Of a stretch of 64,000 nt of DNA, positions 11,291-24,782 are shown piece after piece. Source of the DNA: Eledone cirrhosa. Lineage: Eukaryota. Each line of letters begins with the position of its first letter. The first letter of the stretch is position 1. A program made the position numbers and the translations under genes. The DNA is taken from contig OZ024746.1 of assembly GCA_964016885.1 (NCBI GenBank), positions 100,316,001 to 100,380,000 of the forward strand. The letters run 5' to 3'. The notes below the pieces were generated by a model. It was not told the origin of the DNA and made no database searches. It saw nothing but the letters and a program-made list of their open reading frames with translations.

Positions 11291-14200
11291 GTTCTTTGAG
11301 TCTCAGTCATTGATGTTATTTAACTGGAAAGTTTGTTGAAATGAATATCAAGCCACTACCTGCAGCCTCAGATATTCAGGACGTATCGGAGGGTTCTTGC
11401 TGTTCCCAGCAAGCATGCCTTTTGAAGTGTTCCAAAAAGTGGGGCGGGACCAATTTTTTTTAACCATAGTTGGAAACTCTTTGAGATAGTACCTAGTGCG
11501 CCTATGACAATCGGAACCACTTTGACCTCATGGCAGTTCCAAATCCGTTTTACCTCCCACTTTAAGTTCTGGTATCGGTTAATGTTCTCCCTCTCCTTCT
11601 CTTGCACTCTCGTGTCGAAATGGGCAGGCTACATCCACAATCAGGCACGATCTTTTTCCCTTGTCCAAAACCATCAGGTCAGGTCTATTGTGTTCCAGTT
11701 TCTTGTCCGTCTGTATCCTAAAATCCCACAGCACCTTCATCTGATCGTTTTCCATCACCGACTCTGGCTTATGCTCATACAACTTCTCAGAATGTGGTAA
11801 ATTGTTTACTTTGCATAGGTGCCAGTGGATCACCCTGCCCATCACATCATGTCTCCAGCCCATATAGTGAGTCTGGGCTGGGTGTTTACACTCGGATACA
11901 ATGTGAGCCACAGTCTCCTCTCTCTCTCCACATATCCTACACAGTGGGCTAGCCTCCTCCTTGTAAATATGGTGTTTCAACCACCTCGTTTTGAGGGCCT
12001 GATCTTGCGCAGCCATTAGCATTCCTTCTGTAACCTTTTTAAGGTCTCCTCTTTTCAACCATTTCCATGTCTGTGGATCTCTAAAATCAGTTTTCTCAAA
12101 GAAGGCACTATGAAGGGATTTTTCATGAAGGCTGCTCTTTCTCCTTCTTGTTATTTCCTCCTTGGGCATCCCCTGGTCTATTGTCCTCTCCTTCAGTACA
12201 ATTCTGAGCATTGGCTCCCTACTATTAGTCACGTATTTGTGTAGGTTGTTTTTCTCCATCTGAACACAGTCCTCTATGCTGATAAGACCTCTTCCACCTT
12301 CAGATCTCCTTAAGTAGAGTCTATCGACATCACTCCTCTCGTGGAACATGTTGTAGATAGTCAATAGCTTCCTAGTCTTCCTATCCATTTCTTTTTGTTC
12401 AGCAACATTCCATCTCAGAATTCCCGCATAATAGACACAGATCGGGAATTTACTGCACTTATGACATTCCTACTGTTCAGTTGTGACTTTAATACGCTCC
12501 TTACTCTCCGAATGTATTCAGATCTTATCAGTTCCTTCATTTTTTTGTTCTTGATGTCATCAGCCTCCAGAACATCTAAATATTTGTATCCCTCTTCAGT
12601 ATCAATTTCCTTTATCATCTCACCTGTTGGTACCTGGATTCCGTTGCTTCTGCTCAATTTACCCCTCTTCATCACAAAGACTCCACACTTACTAATACCA
12701 AATTGTATACATATATCATTGCTGAAAATACGGACAATGTCAACAAGCACATCAACTCCTTCTCACTCTTCCCGAAGAGCTTAAGATCGTCCATGAAGAG
12801 GGGGTGATTGATGGTAAGCTCTCCCTTTCCCAACTTGTATCCTGCTCTCACTTTTCGCAGTATAATGGTCAGGGGGATCAGGGCAAAGACAAACAACAGA
12901 GGGGACAAACTATCTCCCTGGAAGATACCTCTCTTGATCCTCACGTCTCCCAAGGATTCTCCGCCCGATGTTAACTCTGTTTTCCAGGACTTCATACTTT
13001 TGCTCAACAACTGTCTGATGTTATCTGCCACCCAGAAGATCTCTAGGTTTTGGGTTATCCAAGAATGAGGTACCATGTCGAATGACTTTTTGTAGTCTAC
13101 CCATCCTATGACAAGACCAGTGTGTCTCCTCCTGCAATTCCTCATCACCATCTTATCAATAAGTAACTGGTCCTTTGTACCACGGGACTTCTTTCGGCAT
13201 CCTTTCTGTTCGTCCGGTAACAAGTTGTTTAAGTGGAGGTGATGGTAGATTTCCTCAGACACAATGCTTGTTAACAGTTTCCACATTACGGACAGACATG
13301 TGATAGGTCTATAGTTGGTAGCATCATTACCCTTGGTTCGGTCTTTCATTACCAGAACTGTGGTACCTTTTGTCAACCACTCTGGCACCTCACCTGACAT
13401 CAAGCAGTCATTGAACATGGTTGTCAGTTTCGGGTGGAGGGATGTTAGATTTTTAATCCAATACCCCTGCACACCATCTGGGCCTGGTGATTTCCAGTTG
13501 GTTAGTTTTCTGGCCTGCCCCTTAAGAGTTTCAACTGTGATACTCAAATCAGTTTGTTGGTGTGCTTGTTCACTAATCTCCTTTTGTACTGTCTCAATCC
13601 ACACTGCCTGATCATTATGTTCAACATCCTGCTCCCATATTTCTATCCAGAATGTCTTAGTTTGTTCCGCCTCAGGGATCAAGTCGTTGCCTCTTTCTTT
13701 CCCTTCAAGCTGTCCAAACAACATCTTCTGGTTGTTGTCGAAGAATACGATTCTATCTATACTGACTGACTCTGTTCTCGTATCGCCTGATTTTTGCACT
13801 CTTTGCTACAATGCGTTGCTTCAGTTCCTTTATGATAATATTTAGCTTTTTCCTCCTAGTTTTGTACTTTATTTCCAGTCTATTTTTAGTGTCTATGTTT
13901 TGTAGTGTCCCATTCAGTAGGGACTCAAGCTTTCCAATCTCATTTCTCATTTCCCTGATTTGACCATTCAGTCGTTTCTTCCACCAAGGTTCTGATCTTT
14001 CTTGTTTGTTGTTTCCTCTCGCTTTTATGCCAAGTAATTTCCTCACCGCATTTGCTGTTGCCTTGAAGATATTGTTGCACTGGTGAAGGTTCCTCGCCTC
14101 AAGGTATGGGATGACTTTGTTTACCTTAGCTGTTGTTTCTTTTAACTTTTTCCTGTCTACAAATCTTAGGTTCATAGGTTTCCCACTATCATTGTTCATT

Positions 14201-14767
14201 TCATCTACCACTAAGTTTAGGATATCAACCAAATCTTGTCCTAGCCCGTCAGCATTCATTTCCTCAATGGCCGTATCTTTGTTCCACGTATTATTTATTT
14301 CAGCATTCAGATCATTGTCTGCTTCGGATGCTTCCTCCATTCTCTCAACCTCCTCACCTTCATTTCTCACTGGCTCGTTTGCCTGGCATACTCCACTCTC
14401 CATTTCCAACCTAATCTCTCTGCTCAGTTCCTCCAGTTCCAGCTCGCTTATCCACCCATTAGTTCTTATTACCCGAGCCTGCCCGGTCAATTTTTGTTCA
14501 TCTAATTTAAATAGACCAATCTCATTCCAGATGTTATGCATCCGTTTCCTATAGCCTTTTTCCTTGAGGTTACTCTTCAGGTAACATTGCATAACAGTTC
14601 TATTCAATTCTTTCGTCCAGTTGGTTCAGGTCCCTTTCCTTCTTCTTCTTCCTCCAATACCAGCAGTATTTGGATGACAGCCAGGTCCCTGCTGCTGGGC
14701 CAGGGAGCACCTGCTGGGTTAGAGTCTGTCACATGAGATTCCAGTCTCCACTTCACCGTTATTCGAA
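11291..14767 (-). mobile_element. Dong/R4-clade RLE non-LTR retrotransposon #2, near full length, multiple frameshifts
   Basis: ORF pieces with VMQCY..GYRKRM..W, SPGPDG, NYRPITCL, EQKGC, GIFQGDSLSPLLF, FMDDLKLF, CRICGEREETVAHIVSEC, RHD, RPDL; (TAA)n at both ends. Confidence 0.92.
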
Positions 14768-14787
14768 CTATTATTATTATTATAATA

Positions 14788-15185
14788 GGGCGGTGAATTG
14801 GCAGTATCGGTAGAGGGTTGGACGTCATGCTTTCTAGCATAGTTACGTCCCTTTATGGTCTGAGTTCAAATCCCGTCGAGGTTAACTTTGCTTTTCATCC
14901 TTACGGGGTCGATAAAACAAAGTACCAGTAATGCACTGGGTAATTGCTGGCCTTGTGCCAAAAGTAGAAACAATTATTACTATTATTATTAAGGCGGTGG
15001 ATTGGCAGTATCGATAGAGGGTCGGACTCCATGCTTTGCAGCAGAGAGTTATGGTCCTTTACGTTCTGAGTTCAAATCCCACCGAGGTTAGCATTGCCTT
15101 TCATCCTTACGGGGTCGATAAAATAAAGTACCAGTAATGCACTGGATAATTGCTGGCCTTGTGCCAAAAATAGAAACATTACTAT
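14788..15185 (+). mobile_element. Two tandem SINE family A copies
   Basis: Head+core+tail at 14788-14990 and 14992-15185. Confidence 0.88.
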
Positions 15186-15420
15186 TATTAACATTACTAT
15201 TTTTATTGTGCACAGCTCTGCGGTCCTTGGCTAGGTGCAGTATAGTTTTTGCTGATATTATTTCTATTGCATTGATAGTACTTTTCGTAATATGTGTGCA
15301 GTGCCTAGTAGTGCTATCTTTTGTATCCTCTATATATTTGTAAGTCCTGGGGTTTTGTATTTGAGTGTTCTTATCATTCCCAGAACACCTATTATTATAG
15401 GTATTGTTTGTTATTATTAG

Positions 15421-15625
15421 GACGGTGGATTGGTAGTATCAGTAGAGCATCGGACAACATGCTTTGTGGCATTGAGTAACGGCCCTTTACGGTCTGAGTT
15501 CAAATCCCGCCGAAGTCAACTTCATCCTTACGGGGTTGATAAAATAAAGTACCAGTAATACACTGGGTAGATTTAATCGACTTACTCCTCCCCCAAAATT
15601 GCTGGCCTTGTGCCTATGGAACAAA
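15421..15625 (+). mobile_element. SINE family A
   Basis: Head, B-box, core and tail. Confidence 0.85.
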
Positions 15626-15635
15626 TTATGGTCGG

Positions 15636-16098
15636 AAACTCCTCCACCACATGTTATTGTACATCTGGCACCACCTACACCAAGGTAACTTTGGTTCACA
15701 TTACTGTCAGAAACTCCTGTCTCACCTCCCCCACATGTTATTGTACATCTGGCACCACCTACACCAAGGTAACTTTGGTTCACATTACTGTCAGAAACTC
15801 CTGTCTCACCTCCCCCACATGTTATTGTACATCTGGCACCACCTACACCAAGGTAACTTTGGTTCACATTACTGTCAGAAACTCCTGTCTCACCTCCTCC
15901 ACCACATGTTATTGTACATCTGGCACCACCTATACCAAGGTAACTCTGGTACACATTACTGCCAGAAACTCCTGTCTCACCTCCTCCACCACATGTTATT
16001 GTACATCTGGCACCACCTACACCAAGGTAACTCTGGTACACATTACTGCCAGAAACTCCTGTCTCACCTCCTCCACATGTTATTGTACATCTGGCATC
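15636..16098. repeat. 84/87-bp minisatellite, ~5.5 copies
   Basis: ATGTTATTGTACATCTGGCA at 15651, 15735, 15819, 15906, 15993, 16077. Confidence 0.92.
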
Positions 16099-16566
16099 TC
16101 ATATACGCCAATTTGTATACACATTGTAGTTGATCATCGCTGTTATTATATCAAAGTGGAGCATTAAAATGTTTGAGATGTTGAGTGGGGGGACAAAAGG
16201 TTGGGAACCATTGGCCTACACAACCCCAGATCTAGGAATTCCGACATTCTTATATTCATTTATTCAATTATTCTCATGTTGTTTCCTATACCTATATTCT
16301 ATTGTTCTGACATTTTAATACATTCTTAGTCTAGTAATCTAATATTCTGACCTACTCCTCCTCCATATTATGGATCATCTCAAAACTTTGAGAGTAATTT
16401 ATCAAGTGTTACTGTTCTTGGGTGCTAGACTTAATCTGTGGTCCGGTTTAATGCCACTACCTGCTCTTTGGTTTCTTTTCACAAAGCTCACTATGTAGTA
16501 AATTCTCAGACTATGTCCTCGACCTGGAGATTACACGATATTCTCAGTCATTACTCTTAATGCAAG

Positions 16567-16770
16567 AGCGGTGGAGTGGCAGTATCGGTAGAGCGTCAGA
16601 CAAAATGCGGCGTATAATTACGTTCTTTTAAATCCCGCCGAGGTTAGCTTTGCCTTTCATCTTTAGGAGGTCGATAAAATAAAGTACCAGTAATGGACTG
16701 GGGTCGATTAATCATCGACTTCTCCACACACCCAGATTTGTTGGCCTTGTGTCTAAATCAGAATTCATTA
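16567..16770 (+). mobile_element. SINE family A
   Basis: Head, core and tail. Confidence 0.8.
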
Positions 16771-17410
16771 TTCCTAATGCAACAACAACAGCAACAAAAG
16801 CCTGTGAGTCATGGCTACTTCTTCCTTTTCACTTTGACAGTCTCGGGTTGTCTTTGAATATACATGATGGACGATTCCCGTCCCTTGACTAAGCCATAAA
16901 AAATGCATCCTTTTCGGGGGAAAAAAATTATTTAGCAAAAAAGACCCCCCACCCCCCACCCCCACCCCCCAAGCAGTAAATCCTGCAGTATTTCGGAAGT
17001 TGTTAAATACAATCAGTATATAGGAAAACCATTGTAAGCATGAGGGACATTCTCCTGTCTAGTGATAACTTCCCCTTCCACCAATAAATTAACTCCAGAC
17101 ATATGAGGTTGGCTGATGCTCAATGGATTCCACACAAGGTGTGTAAATAGAAGCGAAAACAGTTATAGCTGGATAATCACAACTAATTCACTGGCAGCTC
17201 ACCGCCCTAAAATGGAGTCTTATTCAGCCTTCATAGATATTTACATTCGGGTGGTAGACCCCCATACATCATTCAGGAGTTCACTTTGCCACAAGCAATC
17301 GTAAGCAATCAGTCCAGAGTTAAAGTTGTTTTTCCCCACAGAAACAAGCATTAGTTGTTGAGACGGGAAGCCTGAAAAGGATGATGGGCCTCTTCCCATT
17401 AAAACTTAGA

Positions 17411-17820
17411 CCTATTATAGCTGGTCCCACATGCCCTACCCGCCATCTCCTATTATAGCTGGTCCCACATGCCCCACCCGCCATCTCCTATTATAGCTGG
17501 TCCCACATGCCCCACCCGCCATCTCCTATTATAGCTGGTCCCACATGCCCCACCCGCCATCTCCTATTATAGCTGGTCCCACATGCCCCACCCGCCATCT
17601 CCTATTATAGCTGGTCCCACATGCCCCACCCGCCATCTCCTATTATAGCTGGTCCCACATGCCCTACCCGCCATCTCCTATTATAGCTGGTCCCACATGC
17701 CCTACCCGCCATCTCCTATTATAGCTGGTCCCACATGCCCTACCCGCCATCTCCTATTATAGCTGGTCCCACATGCCCCACCCGCCATCTCCTATTATAG
17801 CTGGTCCCACATGCCCTACC
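17411..17820. repeat. 38-bp minisatellite, ~10.8 copies, made of PLE RT coding sequence
   Basis: CCTATTATAGCTGGTCCCACATGCCCYACCCGCCATCT at 17411, 17449, 17487 and onward; last copy reads PIIAGPTCPT into the RT ORF. Confidence 0.95.
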
Positions 17821-19668
17821 CACCGTCTAACCAATTTTGTTGACATTATTTTGAAACCACTATCTATTCACATACCTAGTTTCATCCGGGATGATATCGA
17901 CTTCCTGTCTCATCTTCCCAAAACCACGGAAACGAATTCACTTCTACTTAGTTTTGATGTGGTAAGCCTTTACACCAACATTACACATGGTTTAGGAATA
18001 AAGGCGGTTAAATACTGGGTGGAAAAACATAGAGAAGTGATTCCCATTAGATTCACAGCGCCATTTATATTAGACGCAATCAAATTTATTCTGGAAAACA
18101 ACACTTTCTTCTTCAATGGAAAGAATTACATCCAAATTAGAGGCACAGCGATGGGAACGAAGTTTGCTCCCGTTTACGCGAACTCTGTAATGGGATACTT
18201 AGAACAACAACTCTACCAAGAAATAGAGAAAAAATATAGTACTGACTTTAGAAAGTACATTGAAAAATCTTGGAAGAGATACCTTGACGACTGTTTCATC
18301 ATCTGGACAGAATCAATAGAAACTCTGGATGAGTTCAATATCCTCCTGAATAACCTACACCCATCTCTCCAATTCACAAAAGAGATGAGTAGTACCAAAT
18401 TACCATTCCTAGATATAATGGTAATCAAAAACGACACCACCATTACCACGGATATATATTATAAACACACAGACACCCATCAATATCTGAATTTTAAGTC
18501 GTGCCATCCACCTCATACAAAACGCAACATCCCATTCTGCCTAGCTAGAAGAATTTGTACCATTGTACAAGATACGAATACCAGGAACAAACGCCTAACA
18601 GAACTAAGAGAATTTTTGCTCAAACGAAAATACCCATCTCTACTTATAGAAAATGGCATACAGCGGGCTATAAAAATACCTATACAACAACTTAGGACAA
18701 CCCAAGGAAGAAGAAACCAAGAACTGGTCATACCATTTATAATGACACACAACCCATGTCACCAGACTATCTTCAACACTGCCAAAGCAAACCTACCGAT
18801 CATTGCTCAAAGTAATGAATTAAAAGACTTAATCACAGATCGATCTTTGACTCTTAGTAAAAGACAGCCGAAAAATTTGAAGCAATTACTAACAAAAGCA
18901 AAGTTTGACCTTAACAACAAAGACCAATCATTTACTGTATTTAAATGCAATGATAGTCGATGTGGCACATGTCAGTTCATACACACCGGTCAATATATGA
19001 AAACAAAAACTGGAAAAATATTCCCAAATGCAAATATGAACTGCAAAAGCAGAAATCTTATTTACTGCATTAAATGCCCGAATTGTGAAGAACTATATGT
19101 TGGTCAAACTGGAAATGCACTATCGGAACGTGCACGGGTACAGCGACAGCAAATCAGAGACCCAAATGTCCCCTGAGTAACCATCTAGCAACATGTGGTC
19201 AGAGAATATTTATAATATTTCCATTCTACAAACTACACAACCCAAGTGAAATCAAGAGAAAAATCAAAGAAAAGAATTTTATTGATAAATTCCAACCCAA
19301 GCTAAATGAACAATAATAATGGCGTATTAATCCTATGACTATGACTACGACCACTAACAACAACAACAATAATAATAATAAAAGTGATGTTGATGATTAC
19401 TAGAAAATGCTATTTTCATCATTTCTAAAAATAACAAAACAATTGATGCTTTGGATAGGGTCAAATAGTAGTCGTTAGACATGCTCAACCAACCGTAACG
19501 CCTAAACCAATCAGCTTTAGTAATCCAGTGAAACTACACACCGATTGGTCGAAATACAGTTTGCAAGATTTAGCATTCTGTAGCCACTTTTCACTGTATA
19601 TAAGGCACAAAATTTACCCATCTCATTACAGTTGAAAATTGCAAACTTGACTGTCACCACAGAATATA

Positions 19669-19703
19669 AACCTGAAGATTGCGAAAGCATCAAAGTACTT
19701 GTT
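19669..19703 (+). ncRNA. Type-I hammerhead-like motif in the PLE 3' region (GAAA changed to CAAA, likely inactive)
   Basis: AAC CTGAAGA T TGC GAAA GCA T CAAA GTAC TT GTT; palindromic stem III AAGTACTT. Confidence 0.6.
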
Positions 19704-19897
19704 CAATTAACACTTAACATTTAATATTCTATCATACTATTTCATTCTAATACCATTATAAATTTTAAAGGATTGTAAATAAAACGAGTAAATCAGACAA
19801 AGTTGGAATTCCTTTTATTAATATAATCTTCTATACACAATCATACACACCCGTGTATATTTATCTATCTATATATATATATATATCTATCTATCTA

Positions 19898-19947
<50 letters not shown>

Positions 19948-20185
19948 GAGGTTATATTTAATTTGTTGGGATTCAACAAGCTTAAACATTTTTTAAAATT
20001 ATATATATTTAACTTTTATAATTGAACTGAACTAAGAAGGCCCATCGAGCTTTTTTTTATTGAGAAACACGATCGTTACATGTAACGATACTCTCCAAAA
20101 TAATTCCCCCCCCCCCCTTTTTTAAACTAATTTTTTTTTATGTCCTTCCACCACTCCCCGACACACCCTCGGAACTCTCTTCCTG

Positions 20186-20216
20186 CTGATGAAAGGCTTA
20201 TGCCCGAAACGTTGTC
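20186..20216 (+). ncRNA. Minimal hammerhead core, stem I partner missing
   Basis: CTGATGA AAGGC TTAT GCCC GAAA CGTTG TC. Confidence 0.55.
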
Positions 20217-20236
20217 CCCCACTCTCAAGCGTGAAA

Positions 20237-20430
20237 CTAATAATTGTTTCTACTTTTGGCACAAGGCCAGCAATTACGCAGTGCATTACTGGTACTTTAT
20301 TTTATCGACCCCGTAAGGATGAAAGGCAAAGTTAACCTCGGCGGGATTTGATCTCAGATCATAAAGGGCCGTAACTCTATGCTGCAAAGCATGGCGTCCG
20401 ACTCTCTACCGATACTGCCAATCCACCGCG
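20237..20430 (-). mobile_element. SINE family A
   Basis: Full reverse-complement copy. Confidence 0.88.
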
Positions 20431-20924
20431 TGAAACTAATAATATTTGTACTGCCTCTACTATATACATATATATATAATAGTTCGACAAAAAGAGATCA
20501 ATAAAATATGTATGAGACTTGGAAAATATAAGTAGTGGTGTCTATATGGTGGACTAAATCTTTTAAAGGTGGTGCTCCAGCTTGGCTGCAGTATAATGAC
20601 TGAATCTAGTAACAGAATATAACATTTTAGTTACAAGATTTCACTTAACAGAATTTAGAAAAATACATATGTGATTTGGTATGATTTGAAGGAGATTTGG
20701 CTACTATTCCTAGTAGACTAAGCGACCGTTGTGTGGCTCCATTGTGTCTCGTCTAACGACTTAAAAGAGGAAGAGATCACTGGAATCTCTTGAGACTAAT
20801 CCCTTATCAAAGATTTGACCGAGAGATGGTCAAGTAAGCCATCATATCCTGTCACAGCTAACACTTAAATCTGTAAACAATACTAAACATACCTACATCA
20901 CAAACACAGCAACACACCAAGGCT

Positions 20925-21047
<123 letters not shown>

Positions 21048-21384
21048 CCACACACAAACAGACAACCACACACACACAGACAACTACGAAGTAAAATACA
21101 TATCTTATCTTCCCACATAAAAGCCTCTGAACCAATAACATAGCTAAACTCCAACTAATGTTTTAAGCAGAGCCCATCCCTCCATCTTTCCATTGTCTTA
21201 CAAGACATAAAGACATAATATAAGAAGGTAAAATAATAGGTTAAAAATTCAGGTTACATCCTAAACCAGTCCACAATTATGTTGATTAAAACAAATCTTA
21301 TTTAACAACTAAATAGTAGAAGCAATATAAGTACTTATTTACTTATAACTAGGATAACAAGAAAATACAAATTTACTACTTATT

Positions 21385-21570
21385 AATTGTTTCTACTTTT
21401 GGTACAAGGCTAGCAATTATCCCAGTGTATTACTGGTGCTTTATTTTATCGACCCCGAAAGGATGAAAGGTAAAGTTAACCCCGGCGGGATTTGAACGTA
21501 GGCCCTAAAGGGCCGTAAATCTATGCTGTTAATCATGGCGTCCGACCCTCTACCGATACTGCCAATCCAC
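21385..21570 (-). mobile_element. SINE family A
   Basis: Reverse-complement head, core and tail. Confidence 0.85.
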
Positions 21571-22158
21571 TAATTAAAAAGAAACAAATGTTATGATATA
21601 CCAATCGTTCCATGGAAAAACATATGGTGGTATCCCAAGTATGTGGCTATATTGTTTAACGGTTAATCTGGGCTTCACTAATAAACAGCTGCTGGGTAAC
21701 AAGTCATTGTTGCTCTTTTGACATTCTCTCATACAGTATTAGCACTCCGTCGGTCACGACGACGAGTGTTTCTGTTGATACCTGAAATTAACGTGCAAGT
21801 TGATTCAACGTGACACAGAATGCGACAAGGCTGGCCTTTCCAACTCTTTTGTCAGCTGAGTAGTCTAGAGCAAAGTAAAATAAAATGTATATATATATAT
21901 ATATACACACACACACTTCAACAGCATTCTAATAAATATTGCCTGTAATGGTAGTCAAAGTGTGTATACATTTTTTAGGACACCCTGTACACACACACTC
22001 ATAAGACTTCCAGATACACCAGGTTCTTTGTTTTGCCGTTTCTGCAGAAAATATGATGATTTCTAGGTGTTTTCCGGCTCATGAACAGCCAACATATAAC
22101 GGCCCATGGGTAAAAACCGATTAACTTAGATTCAATCGTACAACTTTGATATATATAT

Positions 22159-22800
22159 CTTCTTCTTCTTCTTCTTCTTCTTCTTCTTCTTCTTCTTCTT
22201 CTTCTTCTTCTTCTTCTTCTTCTTCTTCTTCTTTACCCACTGAGAGGGCCATGGGGGTGGAGTCCTCAAAAACTCCTTCCAGTGTGTCCTATCAGAAGCA
22301 ACTGTCTCCAACTGATCCAGCTGGATCCCTAAGCAAGACAAGCCAAGCTGATGCATGTTATCCAACAATCTTGCTTGGGGTCTACTTCTGGGTCTCCTGT
22401 CGGTTGGTTTTGCTTATAAAATCTGTCCAGCAATTCTTTCCTGAGACATTCTAACCACATGTCTGTAGTATTGGAGCTGTGATCTCTCAATCCGAGAAGT
22501 AGCGGCTCTACCTGGAGTGACTCTTTGATCTCTGAGCTACGCACTTTATCGAGTAACGTTACTCCAAAGACCCTTCAGAGGAACCCCATTTCGGTCGCTT
22601 GTATTCGCAATCATATTCTTTCAGTAATTACCCAAGACTCATGACCATAGGTAAGGGTTGACACGAATACCGATTTAAAGATAGCGAGTTTGGCTTTGAA
22701 ACCTACCTCTTCTGGTTACAGAATGTTGAAGCTGGTGCATTACCACACCAGCTCCTGCAATTCTTGCACTTAATTCAGTCTCCTGCCTTCCATCACTATT
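22159..22800 (-). mobile_element. RTE-like LINE 3' fragment with long (AAG)n tail
   Basis: YGHESWVITERI..VTLLDKVRSSEIKESLQVEPLLL..QLETVASDRTHWKEFLR. Confidence 0.8.
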
Positions 22801-23989
22801 TTAAAATGTTGGTTTTAACTGAGCTTTGTTTAAGTAAACAACGGATCAGAGCTGATGTATTTTCTGGCGCTAAAGAGGAAGCCTAGTCTTAGAGGAATCG
22901 TTTTAATAATGTTCTATGTGTGAGGCCACCAAGAGTGATCGGAAGAAAATATATGTTCTAGCATTGATACTTTTGAAATCAGATCAGTCTGCATTCAATA
23001 GAGCGTGTCTCCTGGGCTATGTTCTACGGGCTGAGTAAAGCCTAATGAGTGGAATTCGCTAGACAGAAATTATGTTTTGTTGTTGTTTTTTCAGTCTCTC
23101 TTTGTGCCGTCACTGTATCAGTGTTTAACGAACCATGACGTTCCACCCTGTTCGATCCCCTACTACTGAGGCTTTGATGTTGAAATTGTCAGACAAGGAC
23201 CTCCTTTGACGACCTCTGGTAAGCTTCCCAGGAATTTTTCCGCTAAAGTAAAGTTCTTCCAGTTTTTTTCAGTATCGAACCGTAAAGCCCAGTAGTGTAT
23301 TCCACTAACAATGTATTGGCCAACCTGATGCTATGATCAAAGATAATTTCCCCAGATGCTGTACTGTGGAATGGCAACCTTGTGAAGTGAGCTTCTTAAC
23401 AACGTTACCAACGTCTTGTCATTAACAGATGCACACCTGTTCTAGAAATCAAGTCAAAAATTCTGCGCACAATATTCATGATAATGGAACAATAAAACCC
23501 CGGTTATTCCTTCTCAGCAACGGTAGGTGAATTGAGAGAATTTTTTTTTTTTTGGGGGGGGGGGTATATGACCCCTCAATATGCAAGAAAAAGCAGTATA
23601 ATCTTCCCAAAATCTCATCCTGTCTTGAATAAGAAAAGGACATTAGATAATGTAATCCTACACATCTCTACAAAATTGAATAGTCACGGCTGAATTAACT
23701 TACCATAGATCTGTTCAATTTTTAATGGTGTATATACAGTTTATTGTCAAACTGAAGATAATCTCAAGTTAAATATATTTTACAAAAAAAATGTTATACA
23801 AAGATGGAAATATGAAAAAAAAATGAAAACAAAATTAAGAAAAGATAGGGGAAGAGGTAAAGAAGGAAAGATCTGGCTGTAAAGTAGAGGAAAGGACTAT
23901 AAATGGCATAAATGAGAGGAAAGGGAAGGGGAAATGTCATGACTATTAGGCCACGGAAGAAAGGGAGTGGGAAGGGGAGAAGGTTATGG

Positions 23990-24185
23990 GCTCTAGGGTG
24001 GGGCAGTGTTTTGGCTGTGCCTTGCGGACAAAACTGCAAGGGCATTTCTGCAGACAATGGCCAGCGATACCCACTGCAACAGTCAATCCATTTTGCGGGG
24101 CTCCTTCTTCAGACAGATTGTTAACGTTCCGATTTTACGGAGTCCGAGGACGCCTGAGGTCTCGACTGTGACCAGTGCAAAGAGG
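23990..24185 (-). mobile_element. CRE-like retrotransposon C-terminal relic
   Basis: FALVTVETSGVLG...WVSLAIVCRNALAVL resembles the CRE RLE C-terminus; DNA similar to 51830-51915(+). Confidence 0.55.
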
Positions 24186-24361
24186 AATGACCGGACAAGC
24201 CCCGGTATTCAATTAAGGCTGATCTGGAATTAAACAGCAACAGCAACAATAGAAGATACGACTCAAAAGAAAAAAAGCACAGCATGATAACTCGATCTGC
24301 TAGTCACAACAACCAAATTTCCGTTAAATCACACCTACATATTTTTCAGCAGAAAATAAAG

Positions 24362-24608
24362 AATGTGGTTAGAATGTCTCAGGAAAGAATCACTGGACAG
24401 GTTTTACGGGCAAAACCAACTGGCAGGAGACCCAGGGGTAGACTCCTAGAAAGATGTTTGGATAGCATCCATGAGCCAGATCAGTTGGAGACGGTTGCTT
24501 TGACAGGACCCGCTGGAAGGAATGTTTGAGGACCCTGCCACCACGACCCTCTCAGGAATAAGTGGGTGAAGAAGAAGAAGAAGAAGAAGAAGAAGAAGAA
24601 GAAGAAGA
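24362..24608 (+). mobile_element. RTE-like LINE 3' fragment with (AAG)n tail
   Basis: VVRMSQERITGQVLRAKPTGRRPRGR. Confidence 0.78.
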
Positions 24609-24782
24609 TCATTTTATTGCATCCTCCCGGAAATTGTTAAGTATTGTAACAGAGTCATCAGGTCAGCCTACATGTACTGGGTGATACTACTATTTTTTTT
24701 TTTTTTTAGTAAATTAACATTAGTTGATATTTTAATTTTTTAAAGTAAGTCTCCTATTGAATATCATATTAATCATCACCTA

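Larger units (their letters stand above)
17400..19860 (+). mobile_element. Penelope-like element (Neptune-like), 5'-truncated; RT + GIY-YIG ORF 17773-19176, frameshifted tail to ~19315
   Basis: SFDVVSLYTNI, QIRGTAMGTKFAP, RYLDDCF, LPFLD, YYKHTDTHQYL..SCHP; linker CNDSRCGTC; LIYCIKC..LYVGQTG (GIY-YIG). Confidence 0.92.

Noticed and set aside
15487-16041. CTITCGGG resembling thrombospondin type-1 repeats
   Set aside because: Lacks WxxW and downstream Arg/Cys motifs; the ORF ends inside a SINE
17411-17820. CRISPR-like regular 35-38-bp repeats (also 5696-6035 and 46568-46785)
   Set aside because: Head-to-tail with no unique spacers, no cas genes, eukaryotic context
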